Positions 62,691 to 64,000 of a stretch of 64,000 bases of DNA are shown piece by piece (positions within the stretch are counted from its first letter, which is position 1; each line of letters begins with the position of its first letter). Origin of the DNA: Octopus bimaculoides (taxonomy: Eukaryota); contig NC_068998.1 in NCBI RefSeq assembly GCF_001194135.2, forward strand, positions 38,001 through 102,000, in the 5' to 3' direction. The notes under the pieces are model-generated. The model ran no database searches and was not told where the DNA came from. It saw only the letters and a list, made by a program, of their open reading frames with translations. Both the position numbers and the translations under genes were made by a program.

Positions 62691-63194
62691 CAGCTCATCG
62701 AATTACATTGAATTTGTAATACAGCTCAATCAAATATTACAAATTCGACGAGTCGCACAGTATTACATATTACTGTAATCGTCCTTTCTACTCTAAGCAC
62801 AAAGCGTGTACATTTTACTCTAATAATGATGCTGTTCGTGTATTCTTTCTAACTCTGTTCATTCTTCAAAACTTCCGTGAAATACAGAAACTGGTTGCAA
62901 TAATTAAGTAGCAAATAAATCGTTAGTGACACTATTTAAAAGGTTCTTCACTTCGACTAGAGAGCTGCAGCCCTCCAAATAACCTAGTTGTATAGAATTC
63001 TGCTAACTGCACATAAAATTATAGATTTTAATGATGCATATTAGCGGAAAGCACAGAATAACAGGCTTAGTAAGAATGTTGATTAGAAATTCAAAAGCAA
63101 CGCATTGCTTTAGCACATCGCCGAGATATATAATTGATAGGTTTTAATTGACTCAAATCTCTACATTTACCCAGCCACCCACCCTATCTATTTA

Positions 63195-63241
<47 letters not shown>

Positions 63242-63277
63242 GCCTGCCTGCCTGCCTGCCTGCTTGTCTGTCTGTCT
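63195..63277. repeat. (TCTG)n/(CCTG)n tetranucleotide repeat
   Basis: Direct reading. Confidence 0.95.
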
Positions 63278-63829
63278 ACATGCATTTAACCACATAGATT
63301 CGCTCTATAAACCATGGAATGATTTTTAATTTGAAAAGAAAAACTCAAATTTGCATTTCTGAAATATTTCATGAAAGATGACGTTAAATCCCGTCGACAT
63401 ATGTAAATTAATATAGTGGGAGTGGGGTTAGCTGATGGAATGACTGCACACTCATAACTCGAAGTCGGAGGGAGTGATCCTCAAAGGTCCTTCCTGAGCC
63501 ATTGGCTCATAAGCGCGGTTTCGCCGAGTCTTGCTACTGAATGGACTAGAGTAACATGAAATGAAGTATTTTGGTCAAGAACTCCAGGGATCGAAACCAC
63601 AAGCTTACGATTTTGAATGCAACATCCTAAACATTAAGCCATGCGTCTACCACTACAGATGATGCAAATCTGATGAAGTCCTTCTTTAATGTCTAAAACC
63701 GTAGGCATTACGTAAATTTTCACTTCGAAGTTTACTGGTGTTGCAAATAGAGTTGATACAGAAAAAATTGTAACGAATCACTAGAGATGTGTTAAAGAAT
63801 TTTCTTTGTACTCTTCTTATCATTAAACA

Positions 63830-63961
63830 CTTGTTTCTCAACCACATGGTTCCGGGTTCAGTCCCGCTGCGTGGTACTTTGGGCAAGTGTCTTCTACTAT
63901 AGCCACGGGTCGGCCAAAGCATTGTGCGTGGATTTGGTAAACAAATACTGAAATGAGACCG

Positions 63962-63963
<2 letters not shown>
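63830..63963 (+). mobile_element. Family B SINE, 5'-truncated, (AT)n tail
   Basis: accacatggttccgggttcagtcccgctgcgtggtactttgggcaagtgtcttctactatagcc. Confidence 0.88.
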
Positions 63964-63996
<33 letters not shown>

Positions 63997-64000
63997 AAAT

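Noticed and set aside
22384-63963. tRNA-like A/B boxes as tRNA genes
   Set aside because: All are heads of multi-copy SINEs; none folds into a full cloverleaf by eye.
16300-64000. Additional host gene or cephalopod-specific gene (reflectin, protocadherin, ZNF cluster) in the distal 48 kb
   Set aside because: No exon with recognisable host-protein motifs was found; short exons of a large gene could still have been missed without RNA data.

Overview
AT-rich, microsatellite- and gap-rich eukaryotic genomic DNA. The SINE, LINE and transposon repertoire strongly resembles octopus (coleoid cephalopod); the species is inferred, not shown. The first 16 kb holds the last seven coding exons of a TRA-3/calpain-5-type gene on the + strand (172-252, 908-1085, 4693-4809, 7134-7333, 7595-7707, 11359-11492, 15566-15772). 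All six introns are GT-AG with matching phases, and the exons encode the end of the protease domain, domain III and the C-terminal C2/T domain. The remaining ~48 kb has no recognisable host exon. It is a mosaic of tRNA-derived SINEs, RTE and R4/Dong-like LINE fragments, mariner and Chapaev-like DNA transposon remnants, Penelope-like (GIY-YIG) remnants, microsatellites and six N gaps. The most notable unannotated signal is a set of minimal type-I hammerhead-ribozyme-like motifs (CUGANGA...GAAA with a short palindromic stem III), mostly degenerate. Several sit in long inverted repeats: a 414-bp palindrome at 20.8-21.2 kb, a double-hammerhead hairpin joined to a triple-C2H2 ORF at 55.9-56.4 kb, and dsRNA-forming hairpins in calpain intron 6. 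No database search or folding program was run; family names come from motif recognition.
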